From IMG/VR virus record IMGVR_UViG_3300048928_000482, positions 798-64,797 of that record: DNA of 64,000 nt, one strand, 5' to 3'. The notes below the pieces were generated by a model that made no database searches, was not told where the DNA came from, and saw only the letters and a list, made by a program, of their open reading frames with translations. The translations under genes were made by a program, and so were the position numbers. Within the stretch, counting starts at the first letter, position 1, and each line of letters opens with the position of its first letter. Source of the stretch: a virus (Duplodnaviria; Caudoviricetes). Shown piece after piece: positions 8,974 to 17,693 of the stretch.

Positions 8974-9189
8974 TTACACGGGTGTCAAGTTGCTGGCAAG
9001 GCGTCGTGCGGCGCGTCGTCGGAGGATGGTGTCGGTGACGTCGTCGAGGTCGTAGGCGGCGTGGTGCCCGACCTTGATGCGTCGCCAGCCGTCGCGGTGG
9101 GCGATGGTGCGGATGGCGGACGACGAGGGGATGGGCTCGCCTTCCGAGGTGAACGCGGTGATGACGTCGCGCGCGAGCAGCCAGGTCAC
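8974..9189 (-). CDS. Small putative DNA-binding protein
   Basis: 71 aa, SAIRTIAHRDGW...YDLDDV MerR-like wHTH pattern; GTGA overlap. Confidence 0.5.
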   Translation of the reverse strand: MTWLLARDVITAFTSEGEPIPSSSAIRTIAHRDGWRRIKVGHHAAYDLDDVTDTILRRRAARRLASNLTPV

Positions 9190-9539
9190 GCCTGCCACTC
9201 CGCGCGGTAGTCCGGGTGGTCGGCGTAGGGCAGCGCTAGCACCATGACGACCCCCGGGTAGTCGTTCTTGGCGCTCATCTGGGCGCGGGTCTGGCTGGAT
9301 CCCCACTCGCTCTCGATGCGCTCGTGGTCACCCCACGCGGCTTCGATGGCGAGTCGCTTCGCCTCGCACTCGGCCAGGACACGGGTCGGCCCCCATGCTT
9401 CGACGTGGCTCCGGGAGGGCTCGCCGATCTCAGCCCAGTCCTCTTCGTGCCACGTCATGACAGGGTCTGTCAGGCAGAGGTTCGCGCGGGATTCGTCCTC
9501 GGCGATGCGGGCAAGGAGGAAGTCGGTCAGCGTGGTCAT
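9186..9539 (-). CDS. DUF6221-like phage protein
   Basis: LTDFLLARIAEDE...RVLAECEAKR...LALPYADHPDYRAEW signature. Confidence 0.8.
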   Translation of the reverse strand: MTTLTDFLLARIAEDESRANLCLTDPVMTWHEEDWAEIGEPSRSHVEAWGPTRVLAECEAKRLAIEAAWGDHERIESEWGSSQTRAQMSAKNDYPGVVMVLALPYADHPDYRAEWQA

Positions 9540-10216
9540 GCCCCAATCCTCTCGCTCCTGTGCCTCACGCGTCCGCCGTACAGCAGCGCGTCCATGTCCC
9601 GGTCGCGTGTGGGGTCGTGTCGTTGTGCGCGCTGCCATTCGAGCGGCGTCATCCGGTGCTGGGGGTTCTTGGAGCACACGAGGTCGCCGATGGTCTCGGA
9701 CGGTTCGAGGACGGTGGTGTACTCGCCGGTGCACACGATGCGCTCGCCGAGGTCGCTGGTGCCGTAGTCGAGGCAGGGTGTGCCGAGTCGGATCTTGCGG
9801 CGACCGGATGGGCGTGCGGTGTTGAGCGCGAGCTTCGCGAGCCTCTTGGCGTCGTCGGCTGTGGCTTCCCGGATGCCCTCGTCGGCGTGCTCGGTGAAGT
9901 GCCCGACGCGGTTGGTGGCGATGTCGCTCAGGATGTCTGCGGTCCGGTCGCTCGCGGGCATCCATTCGGTCTCGTCGATGAGTACGCGGGCGAGGAAGTG
10001 CACCCAGGCGTCGATCTCGGCGATGACGTCGATGGTGTGCTCGTTGACGGGGCTGGGTGCGGCGGGGCGCTTGGTTCGCTTCCCGCCGGAGTTGCCGTCC
10101 GTGGAGCCCCCGCCGCGTCGGACGCCGGCCTGCAACTCGGGCATGAGGTCGGCGATGTCGCGCATGTGCCGCTGGACGGTGAGTGCGTCGTGCTGCTCGC
10201 GCTGGTCGGCGGTCAC
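9536..10216 (-). CDS. Hypothetical phage protein with C-terminal Cys/His motif
   Basis: 226-aa ORF coupled to both neighbours. Confidence 0.65.
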   Translation of the reverse strand: MTADQREQHDALTVQRHMRDIADLMPELQAGVRRGGGSTDGNSGGKRTKRPAAPSPVNEHTIDVIAEIDAWVHFLARVLIDETEWMPASDRTADILSDIATNRVGHFTEHADEGIREATADDAKRLAKLALNTARPSGRRKIRLGTPCLDYGTSDLGERIVCTGEYTTVLEPSETIGDLVCSKNPQHRMTPLEWQRAQRHDPTRDRDMDALLYGGRVRHRSERIGA

Positions 10217-10419
10217 GCGAGGTTGCCGTTCTGCTGATCGATCCAGTCCTGTGCGATGCGCTCACGGCGTTCGAGGACCCGGGCGTCGTTTGATCCCTGA
10301 GCCATCCGGTCGACGGCTCCGGCCCAGCGGTTCACGTACGTGCCGTCGGACTCCTGCCAGACCGAGATGCCGTCGTAAACCTCGGGCAAGACGATCCCGA
10401 GGCGCTCCCGGGCGGTCAC
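10213..10419 (-). CDS. Hypothetical phage protein
   Basis: PEVYDGISVW...VNRW; GTGA overlap. Confidence 0.55.
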   Translation of the reverse strand: MTARERLGIVLPEVYDGISVWQESDGTYVNRWAGAVDRMAQGSNDARVLERRERIAQDWIDQQNGNLA

Positions 10420-10799
10420 CGCGTGCTCGCGTTCGTCGTGACGCTGTACGTCGTCACGGGCTGCGCGACGTGCGTGACAGTCCAGTCGTCGTGGTACCAG
10501 GACGAGTAGCCCATGCGGTGGATCGACCGTCCGCAGGCGGTGCACGTGCCGATCTTCACGGCTTCTCCCTCTCGACGCTGGCGGGTACGTCGGGCGTCAT
10601 CCTATCGCACCCCTACAACTCTCGGCGTCGTCTTCCCGCGTGTCGTCACCCTCGTGTCCCCTGTGGATTGTGGATAACCCACAACCCAAGTCCACCGTGA
10701 CGACGTTCCCACGCCTCTCCCACGACACGGGCACCCCCGCAGCCCGGGCGACGTCGACCACGCGTCGACGCCACCCGGGTGCAGTGGGCAGGGTGAGGG

Positions 10800-10988
10800 T
10801 CACCGGGCGTCGTCCCGGATGACGGCCACGGTGCGCGTCGTCCAGAGCCACGTCCATGCGGCGACGATCCTCGCGACGGTGAGGTAGCGGCCGTCGTAGG
10901 CCAGCCGGCCGAGCAGCGGCTTGACGGGCGAGTACACGTACACGCTGTAGCGCGCCGGTCGGTGACCCCACGTGTGCATGCGCCTCAT
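10800..10988 (-). CDS. Hypothetical phage protein
   Basis: Small ORF in the coupled early-gene chain. Confidence 0.45.
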   Translation of the reverse strand: MRRMHTWGHRPARYSVYVYSPVKPLLGRLAYDGRYLTVARIVAAWTWLWTTRTVAVIRDDAR

Positions 10989-11332
10989 GCTCCCCGCCCC
11001 TCTCCCGGCCCCTCAGCCGTCCCCGCGTCCACTGACCCGCATCGACCCGTCTCAGGCGCTCCACGGGCCGCCTGCGCGTCCTGGCGGGGTGATGCGCCCA
11101 CCCCGAGTGCGACCCGGATGACGTCCGGGTGCACCCCGCGAGCCCGCGCGAGGTCCAGCACCCCGGCGTCGAGCCGCCGGAGGGCGTCGTCCCGCTCGAC
11201 CCGGGCCTCCTCGACCTCGGCCGTCAGGAGCAAGACCTGCTGCTCCCGGACGGCGAGCTGGGCGCGCACCGACGGGACCATCCCGAGGACCCGGCGGCAG
11301 TACGACAGGGCCGCGTCCCGCTCGGCGCTCAT
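10985..11332 (-). CDS. Hypothetical coiled-coil phage protein
   Basis: MSAERDAALSYCRR... with ATGA overlap. Confidence 0.55.
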   Translation of the reverse strand: MSAERDAALSYCRRVLGMVPSVRAQLAVREQQVLLLTAEVEEARVERDDALRRLDAGVLDLARARGVHPDVIRVALGVGASPRQDAQAARGAPETGRCGSVDAGTAEGPGEGRGA

Positions 11333-11691
11333 GGCGTCTCCCCGGCGGCGATGCGTGCAGCGCGGGCACGGAGCCAGACCGCCGCGCGCTGGGCCATCCC
11401 GAGGATGAGCGCGGTCCGGTCGACCCCCTTGGGCATGTCGTCGGCCCAGCCTCCGTACTGCCACGCCTCGGCCGCGTCCCGGAGCATCTTCGCGTCGTGC
11501 TCGGCCGTGGCGAGCAGCCCGGCAGCAGCGAGCATGTCGGCCTGGTGCTGGGGGTGGCTGTACTCGATCCGCTGGCCGCACTGGCAGTAGCCGTACCCGC
11601 CCGGCTGCTCCCGCGTGGCGTCCTTCCAGCGGGCGTAGCGGTGACCTCCGAGCACCTCGGCGGCGGTCGGCTTCGGCTGGGCGTCAGGCAT
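11329..11691 (-). CDS. Hypothetical phage protein (AEVL..H..YCxCG..HQA module)
   Basis: 120-aa ORF in the coupled chain. Confidence 0.65.
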   Translation of the reverse strand: MPDAQPKPTAAEVLGGHRYARWKDATREQPGGYGYCQCGQRIEYSHPQHQADMLAAAGLLATAEHDAKMLRDAAEAWQYGGWADDMPKGVDRTALILGMAQRAAVWLRARAARIAAGETP

Positions 11692-11890
11692 CGGTTCGGT
11701 GTCCTCTCCGCTCGGCGTAGTCCCACAGGACGACGCCCGTGTACTCGGAGTCCTCGAAGTTCCCCGGCCGCGTGCACCCTGCGCACGCCTCGACGGTCGT
11801 CGTGGGGCAGTCGACGTCGTGGTCGCACTCGCCGTACAGGCACTCCCACGAGACGACCTCCTCGGTCACCTTCGTGTGCTCAGTCGCCAT
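11684..11890 (-). CDS. Small Cys-rich hypothetical protein
   Basis: MATEHTKV...CLYGECDHDVDC...CAGC; GGAG RBS. Confidence 0.55.
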   Translation of the reverse strand: MATEHTKVTEEVVSWECLYGECDHDVDCPTTTVEACAGCTRPGNFEDSEYTGVVLWDYAERRGHRTDA

Positions 11891-12101
11891 CAGGGGTCTC
11901 CTCCCATGTCGAGCGACTCGGGTCGTAGTCGTCGCCCCGGCGGGTCCGCTCGGCCTCGTCAACGGCGGCGAGCGCCGCTCGGGCCTGAGCGCACGCGGCG
12001 TGCACCAGGGCGCCCTCAGCGTCCGTGGCGTACTGCGCGCGGTCGAGGTGCCAGAGCGCCCACCCGTAGTTGCTGGTGCGGCTCGTCGGCTCAGCCATCA
12101 C
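11880..12101 (-). CDS. Hypothetical phage protein
   Basis: Small ORF with RBS in the coupled chain. Confidence 0.5.
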   Translation of the reverse strand: MMAEPTSRTSNYGWALWHLDRAQYATDAEGALVHAACAQARAALAAVDEAERTRRGDDYDPSRSTWEETPDGD

Positions 12102-12568
12102 CCCTCACCTCCCTCGTCCGTGACCTCGACCCACGGGCCGACCGTGCGGCGCATGACCGGCTGGCCGGCAGCCCAGTCCTTGGCGTTCTGGCGGGCGTTC
12201 GGGTCGAGGGACTCGGCGAAGATCGTCCAGTCGCCGTCGTCCTCCTCTACGCCCCACTCGACCCCTGCCTTCATGTCCGGCTCCTTGGCAGTCGCGCCGC
12301 AGCGAATGCACGTCTGCGGATCATCGGGGTCGTTTGGGAAGGCATGGCGCGTGCACTCGACCTCGCCGTCACCCACCCCGAGGGCGGCGACCTGCTCGGC
12401 CTGGTGGGTGCGCCAGGACGCCCTCGGGGCCGCCAGGCCTGATCCTCCGATGCGCTGACCGCACCGGCAGTAGTAGCCCATCGGCACACCTCGCCCGGAC
12501 TCGACCCACTGGAACGTCCCGCACCTCCGCAGCACCTCCGCGATCTGCTCCACGGACGGGGCGGTCAC
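12098..12568 (-). CDS. Hypothetical phage protein (mosaic, YCRCG..HQA module)
   Basis: GTG start overlapping the upstream stop. Confidence 0.6.
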   Translation of the reverse strand: MTAPSVEQIAEVLRRCGTFQWVESGRGVPMGYYCRCGQRIGGSGLAAPRASWRTHQAEQVAALGVGDGEVECTRHAFPNDPDDPQTCIRCGATAKEPDMKAGVEWGVEEDDGDWTIFAESLDPNARQNAKDWAAGQPVMRRTVGPWVEVTDEGGEG

Positions 12569-13413
12569 GGGGTCACCCCCGGCAGCGCGCGCAGGTCGCG
12601 GATGAGACGCCACCCGTCCTCCGGCTCGATCCCTAGCGGGTCGTCGCCGTCCTGGGCGTAACGGTCCACCACCTCGCGCACCTGCTCGGCGGTCACGGTC
12701 GGTGCGGCACCCCGGGCGGCGAGGGTGAACCCAGCGGCCAGGATGTCGTCCACCACGGTCGCCGTGATCGACTGCCCGTCCGGCGGGTCCGCCTCCTCGA
12801 TCACCCGCAGCAGCGCCTCCCGGTCCGCCGCCTCCCCGGCACGGGCAGCGGCGGAGGGCAGGAGCAGCGCCATGACGCGCTCCACAGCCTCCCGGTCAGC
12901 GCAGCCGCCCCACGGCTCGTCACGGCCGGTGATCGCCTGCCACACCTGCTCGTAGGTCGGCCCGGCGTACCGCGCCTCCCCAGCACGGGCAGCGGCGGAG
13001 TCCAGCACCAGCCGAACCTGCGCCCGGAAGTGGCCGCGCCGTTCCTCGCGCTCAGCCTCGTCCCACGCTGGCGTCTGCTCAGGGCTGGCCCACAGCGCTC
13101 CGGCCCCCGTGGCCTCCGCGAGAGCCCGTGCGGCCCGCTCCACGGCGTCGGCGGTCGGGGCCGGCTGCGGGGCGTCCGGGCGGAACAGGACCGTCAGGGG
13201 GCCAAGGAACGCGGTCATCTGAGCCGACTGTGTGACGGAGAAGCGGCTGTTGTCAGGCCCCCACCAGTCGGTGTCGGTCTTGGTCCACGCCCAGAGGTTC
13301 ATGTACGGCGGGGCGGTGATGCTGCCCCGAGTGCGCTTCGGCAGGTCGCGACTCTGCACGACGCTCCCGACGGGCAGCGCGTCGAGCTCAGACGCCGTCT
13401 TGATCTCGGTCAT
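12565..13413 (-). CDS. Hypothetical mosaic phage protein
   Basis: ELDALPVGSVV N-terminal motif common in actinophages; internal direct repeat. Confidence 0.7.
   Translation of the reverse strand: MTEIKTASELDALPVGSVVQSRDLPKRTRGSITAPPYMNLWAWTKTDTDWWGPDNSRFSVTQSAQMTAFLGPLTVLFRPDAPQPAPTADAVERAARALAEATGAGALWASPEQTPAWDEAEREERRGHFRAQVRLVLDSAAARAGEARYAGPTYEQVWQAITGRDEPWGGCADREAVERVMALLLPSAAARAGEAADREALLRVIEEADPPDGQSITATVVDDILAAGFTLAARGAAPTVTAEQVREVVDRYAQDGDDPLGIEPEDGWRLIRDLRALPGVTP
12829..13000. repeat. 28-bp direct repeat (1 mismatch) at 12829-12856 and 12973-13000
   Basis: CGCCTCCCC(G/A)GCACGGGCAGCGGCGGAG twice; encodes SAAARAGEA twice. Confidence 0.85.
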
Positions 13414-13415
13414 GG

Positions 13416-14066
13416 TCAGGCCGCCTTTGCGTTCGTGTGGTTGGTGCAGAGCCCGTCCGGGCTCGCGGTCATGAGTTGGCAGCGGGATCCACTGCGCTTC
13501 GCGTTACCCGAGCACTGCTGTGCGTCTCGCTCGGCACGCTGGCGGGCGAGGATCGCTGCCCACTTCGCCCGGGTGCAGATCCAGCACGATCGCCGGCCAT
13601 CACCCACGACCCGGGTGTTCTCGGGCGTGAACGGGTGCCCCTTGGAGCACTTGGTCTTGCGGGAGTTGAGGGCGGAAGGCCCGATGCCTCGACGCGTGTT
13701 CTCGCCGTCAGTGACCGGCTCGAGGTGGTCCGGGCGCACGCAGTGCCGGACGCGGCACACGTGGTCGAGGACGAGCCCGTCCGGGATGGGGCCGTTGACC
13801 GCTTCCCAGGACACGCGGTGTGCGCGCTTGGTGACGCCTCGCTTCGGGGCGAACGCGCCGTAGCCGTAGCCGGTGATGTAGCCGGTCCACAGCCAGCACG
13901 TAGGCGTGCGGTCCACGTTCGCCCAGAACGAGGTCATCGGGTCGCGGGGCTGTCGCGCCGGGAGGGAGCCGCGCCGCTGGGCTGCCTTGTAGTGCGCGTT
14001 GCAGAGCCCGCGGGCCTGGACGGTGCGCTCGCACCCGTCCATGGTGCAGATTCGGGTAGCCTCCAT
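13416..14066 (-). CDS. Free-standing HNH homing endonuclease
   Basis: CTMDGC..ARGLCNAHY, FWANVD..CWLWTG, AHRVSW..GPIP..LDHVCRVRHCVRPDHLEPVT..EN, KTKCSKGHPF. Confidence 0.9.
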   Translation of the reverse strand: MEATRICTMDGCERTVQARGLCNAHYKAAQRRGSLPARQPRDPMTSFWANVDRTPTCWLWTGYITGYGYGAFAPKRGVTKRAHRVSWEAVNGPIPDGLVLDHVCRVRHCVRPDHLEPVTDGENTRRGIGPSALNSRKTKCSKGHPFTPENTRVVGDGRRSCWICTRAKWAAILARQRAERDAQQCSGNAKRSGSRCQLMTASPDGLCTNHTNAKAA

Positions 14067-14104
14067 GGCTAGCCCCCTCTCGCCGAGATCGAGATGGTGG
14101 GTCA

Positions 14105-14151
14105 GGCCCCGCGGAGTGTTACCAGCACTCTTCGGGGCCGCTTCGATTCTA
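14105..14151 (-). promoter_or_regulatory. -10 box (TAGAAT) followed by a leader hairpin upstream of the HNH gene
   Basis: Minus strand TAGAAT at 14146-14151, then GGCCCCG..GAGTGCT-GGT-AACACTC..CGGGGCC (14105-14139). Confidence 0.55.
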
Positions 14152-14188
14152 CCCCCTGATGTCCGCGGAATCACGGTGATCTGCGGCA

Positions 14189-14770
14189 TCACGTCTCCTT
14201 GGTGGTGATGGGTGTGGTCGTGGTGCCAGTGGTGATGGGTGCGGGGCGCGGGATCGGCGTGCCGTAGTCTCCGAATCGCTCTTCGGGCCACTCGTCCCAC
14301 GCGCAGGTGCCGCACAGGCGACGGCGGTCGTCGGGGCGGCGAGGGTTGAACGTGAACCCTCCCTGTCGGATCGCGAGGAGAAGCGACCGCGGATGCGTGC
14401 TGGTCGCCCCGCACTTCTCGCACCGGACGGTGGGTGGGGTCATGGACGTGATGCCACGCACCCAACCGCCGCGCGGCGGCTCGTCAGGGACGGCCGCGGG
14501 CAACCTGTAACCGAGAGTTACGAGTTCGCCCTCGGCGTGGTGGCTGCACATGTCCTCGTCGGCCTGCTCGCGTGTGCCGCGGGATGGTGCGCCGTCGTAG
14601 GCAGCCCGCCAGGACTCGGGGTGCAGGACGAACCTCGATCCGGAGGGGATGACGTCGGCGTAGATGTGCACGCGCCGGCAGCGGGGGCAGGCCTCGCGGG
14701 TCGTGCGTGCGGGCTTGGTCTCGTCCTCGGCGAGGAGGTCGTAGATGTCCGGCTGGGTGTGGGCGGTCAT
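14189..14770 (-). CDS. Hypothetical Zn-finger-containing phage protein
   Basis: CPRC, CEKC and CGTC pairs; ATGA overlap with the helicase. Confidence 0.6.
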   Translation of the reverse strand: MTAHTQPDIYDLLAEDETKPARTTREACPRCRRVHIYADVIPSGSRFVLHPESWRAAYDGAPSRGTREQADEDMCSHHAEGELVTLGYRLPAAVPDEPPRGGWVRGITSMTPPTVRCEKCGATSTHPRSLLLAIRQGGFTFNPRRPDDRRRLCGTCAWDEWPEERFGDYGTPIPRPAPITTGTTTTPITTKET

Positions 14771-16038
14771 GACGCCGCCTGTGTCGGCCGCCACTGCCAC
14801 GGGTCGAGCCGTGCGACATCGCCGCGGAACTCGAGCTTGATCGCGTTCGTTGTCCCCTGACGGTTCTTCGCGACGAGGATGTGCATCGTCGTGGGGTCCT
14901 GCTCCAGGTCGCGGTGCAGGAGCAGGATCACGTCCGCGTCCTGCTCGATCGCACCGGACTCCCGCAGGTCCGCGATCGTGGGCCGGCGGTCCTGTCTGGC
15001 TTCGGACTGCCGGTTGAGCTGGGACAGGGCGATGACGGGGACGCCGAGGTCCTTCGCGAGGAGCTTGAGCTGCCGCGACCACTCCGCGACCTGCTCGTGC
15101 CGCGGGCGCCGGTCACCTCGGGGTGCGGTCATGAGCTGGAGGTAGTCCACGACGATCCCCGCGAGCGGCCCCCGGCGGGACAGGGTGCGCGCATGGGACC
15201 GGATGTCCACGACACGCACCGCACCCCGGTCGTCGATCGCGAGGGGCAGCCGCCCGACACGCTCACGGACACCGGCGAGCTTCGACCAGTCCGCCTCGGT
15301 GAGTTCCCGCCGGTCCATGCGGGCCATCGGGAGGTTCGCCATCTGGGCGAGCATCCGGGTGTGGACCTCGGCGCGGGGCATCTCGAGGCTGTGGAACGCG
15401 ACCGGTCCCCGCTCAGCCAACGAGAGGGCCGCTTGGAGTGCTGCCACGGACTTCCCGACACCGGGGCGTGCACCGATGACGTAGAGACCTCCGGGCCGCC
15501 ATCCCTGGATCAGGTAGTCCAGGTCGGCCCAGGGTGTCGGGATCGACTGCGGGGCGGCCTCCTCCAGTGCGGCGAGGGTCTCGTCGATCTCCTCGCCGAC
15601 GAGCCGCACCGTCGCGATCGCCCGGGACGACGCGTCAACCTCAGCGCGGGCGGTCTCGGCGATCTCCTGCGAGTCACCCCCTACCTCGGCGAGCTGCACG
15701 ATGTGCTGACCTGCGATCCGGAGCCGGCGCAGCGTCGCGTTCTCCCGGACCATGCGCGCGTAGATGTGCGGCGGCTGGGCGATAGGTGCCGACGCGAACA
15801 GGTCGTGCACCCACAGCGTGTCAACACCGGGCAGGTCGATCCGGGACAGGTTCTGGGCGACGGCGGTCGGCTCCGGTGGGATGCGCTGGGAGTCCATCCA
15901 CTGCATGAGGTTCCACAGCGCTTCGTGCTTCGGCTGGGCGAAGTCGGCCCCCTCCAGGTCCTCGATGTCCCGCAGGGTGCGGGGGCGGTCGAGGATGATG
16001 CCGAGGAGGGCCCGCTCGGGGTCGAGGTTGTCAGTCAC
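14767..16038 (-). CDS. dnaB: DnaB-like replicative helicase
   Basis: GARPGVGKS Walker A, SLEM, VVDYLQL, LSQLNR, DLRESGAIEQDAD, KNRQG. Confidence 0.95.
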   Translation of the reverse strand: MTDNLDPERALLGIILDRPRTLRDIEDLEGADFAQPKHEALWNLMQWMDSQRIPPEPTAVAQNLSRIDLPGVDTLWVHDLFASAPIAQPPHIYARMVRENATLRRLRIAGQHIVQLAEVGGDSQEIAETARAEVDASSRAIATVRLVGEEIDETLAALEEAAPQSIPTPWADLDYLIQGWRPGGLYVIGARPGVGKSVAALQAALSLAERGPVAFHSLEMPRAEVHTRMLAQMANLPMARMDRRELTEADWSKLAGVRERVGRLPLAIDDRGAVRVVDIRSHARTLSRRGPLAGIVVDYLQLMTAPRGDRRPRHEQVAEWSRQLKLLAKDLGVPVIALSQLNRQSEARQDRRPTIADLRESGAIEQDADVILLLHRDLEQDPTTMHILVAKNRQGTTNAIKLEFRGDVARLDPWQWRPTQAAS

Positions 16039-16775
16039 AGGTCACCTGCCAGTCGGAGGTCGGTCACGGTTGGTCGGTCCCAGGGGGATGTGCCGCCGCC
16101 GGTGGTGGGGGCATCGAGCTCGTCGCTCCACCGCTCACCGTTGAGCCATGTGGTCGGGAGGGCCACGTACTTGGGGTCCTTGCCGTCAACGTGGGCGGCG
16201 TACTTCTTCGCGCCGAGGATGAGCGTCTCGGCGTCGGTCTTGCTGAGGGCCTTGGCGTAGGCAGTCCGTGCGTGGCCCCTGTCGGAGCGGCGCGGGTACG
16301 CGGCCCAGAACTCCTCGAAGCGCTCAGGTGAGGTCGTCGCGGAGCGGCGTGTAGTCCTCTCCTCTCCTCTCCTCTCCTTAGCATTGCTCGATGCACTGCC
16401 CGATGCATTGCTAGATGCATTGCTCGGAGCATCCGCCCAGCGAGCGGCTGCGGCGCGTCGTGCCTTGTCAGAGGCGTTTTTCACGCTCTCGGCGGAGTCC
16501 TGGTGTTCGAGGTAGTCGTGGACGACGAGAGTTCGCTCGTCGCGCTGCTCAAGGAGGCCGAGATGCACGAGTTCCTGCACGTGCATTGCATCGAGCAGTG
16601 CATGACGCATTGCCAGATGCATCGGCACGACGCCGTCGGTGGCGTGCTGGCGGGAGTAGAGGATGCACCAGAGGTGTCCGAGGATCGCGCGGGGGTGCTC
16701 GTCCATGAGGGAAGCGATCTTCGGGTTGTCGAGGTACCCGACATCGATCTTGGCGTAGTACCGGCGGTCAGCCAT
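16035..16775 (-). CDS. Phage replication initiator (lambda O-like organisation)
   Basis: YLDNPK...HDYLEHQ, low-complexity linker, FEEFWAAYPR...PTTWLNGERWSDE; upstream of DnaB. Confidence 0.8.
   Translation of the reverse strand: MADRRYYAKIDVGYLDNPKIASLMDEHPRAILGHLWCILYSRQHATDGVVPMHLAMRHALLDAMHVQELVHLGLLEQRDERTLVVHDYLEHQDSAESVKNASDKARRAAAARWADAPSNASSNASGSASSNAKERRGEERTTRRSATTSPERFEEFWAAYPRRSDRGHARTAYAKALSKTDAETLILGAKKYAAHVDGKDPKYVALPTTWLNGERWSDELDAPTTGGGTSPWDRPTVTDLRLAGDL
16357..16432. repeat. Putative phage origin: four 12-bp iterons plus a CTCTC pyrimidine run
   Basis: GCATTGCTCGAT/GCACTGCCCGAT/GCATTGCTAGAT/GCATTGCTCGGA from 16381, adjacent (CTCTC)n at 16357-16379; related repeats at ~16583-16623. 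Confidence 0.75.
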
Positions 16776-17032
16776 CAGTGCCCGCCTTCCATCTCGACGA
16801 GGTCCTGGACCGTCGCCCCGAGGAGCGCAGCCTCGATGAGTTCGAGGCGCCTCTCTGGTCGAACGGACTCGCGCTGGCACATGGACAGGGCGATGTTCAC
16901 GCGCGTCTGCGGGTCGTCCGGGGCAGTGCTGGGGGTGTGGTCGAACAGGGTGCGGTGGTCGTAGCGGCCAGCGACGTCCGGGTGGAACGTCTTGCCGCAC
17001 GTGGCGCACGTCTGAACTCGGCGGTACGTCAT
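16775..17032 (-). CDS. Small Zn-finger hypothetical protein
   Basis: CATCGKTF...H...H; coupled overlaps. Confidence 0.55.
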   Translation of the reverse strand: MTYRRVQTCATCGKTFHPDVAGRYDHRTLFDHTPSTAPDDPQTRVNIALSMCQRESVRPERRLELIEAALLGATVQDLVEMEGGH

Positions 17033-17442
17033 GGCGTGTCGCTTTCGATCGTGCGGACGGTGATGTTCGCGCCGGCTCGGGGGGCGTGGGTCTTCTCGGC
17101 GCGGATCCGGATGACCTGGGAGTCGTCGCGGATGATCTGGGCGTCCACGAGGGCGTCGAGGATGTTCCGCTGGTGCTTGTCGATGTCGCCGGAGGATCGG
17201 GTGATGGGGTGCTCGTGGCGCGAGGTCTTTGGTCGTTCGATCAGCACGATCGAGACGACTTCGACGGGCCCGGTGGCGGTCTCCCATGCCATCGAGTCGC
17301 GTGCCTGCGCGGCTGCGACGACGACTTGCTCACGCCACGGACGGGAGCCCTTGACTTGCTCGACGAGCCGCCCGTTGCCGACGTGGCGGAGGCTTCCCTT
17401 CGGTGCCGGGTGTCCGTAGACGATGAACCGAAGCTCGCTCAT
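17029..17442 (-). CDS. rusA: RusA-like Holliday junction resolvase
   Basis: GHPAPKGS, GDIDKHQRNILDAL, IRDDSQV acidic catalytic motifs. Confidence 0.9.
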   Translation of the reverse strand: MSELRFIVYGHPAPKGSLRHVGNGRLVEQVKGSRPWREQVVVAAAQARDSMAWETATGPVEVVSIVLIERPKTSRHEHPITRSSGDIDKHQRNILDALVDAQIIRDDSQVIRIRAEKTHAPRAGANITVRTIESDTP

Positions 17443-17693
17443 GCCGCACCTCGCCTGCGCAGGACGCGACGGTCACGTTCTGTTGTCCCGCCCCACACGC
17501 CGACCGTTGTCGGGTTAGCGAGCGCGGCAGCGAGGCACTGGGCGCGGACGTCGCACCCGGCGCAGACACGCTTGGCCTCGTCGGGTTTCTCGCCGGTCTC
17601 GGGGAAGAACAGCCAGTACCCGACCTCGATGCAGGCCGCGTCGTCCTGCCACGACGGCGGGTGGGTCACGGTGAAGGCGGTGATCGTGGTCAT
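17439..17693 (-). CDS. WhiB-family transcription factor (phage)
   Basis: WQDDAAC...FFP...AKRVCAGCDVRAQCL...GVWGGTTERDR. Confidence 0.92.
   Translation of the reverse strand: MTTITAFTVTHPPSWQDDAACIEVGYWLFFPETGEKPDEAKRVCAGCDVRAQCLAAALANPTTVGVWGGTTERDRRVLRRRGAA

Noticed and set aside
16381-16432. Short repeats as a possible CRISPR or DGR element
   Set aside because: Contiguous 12-mers with no spacers; no cas or reverse transcriptase genes in the window; better explained as iterons.
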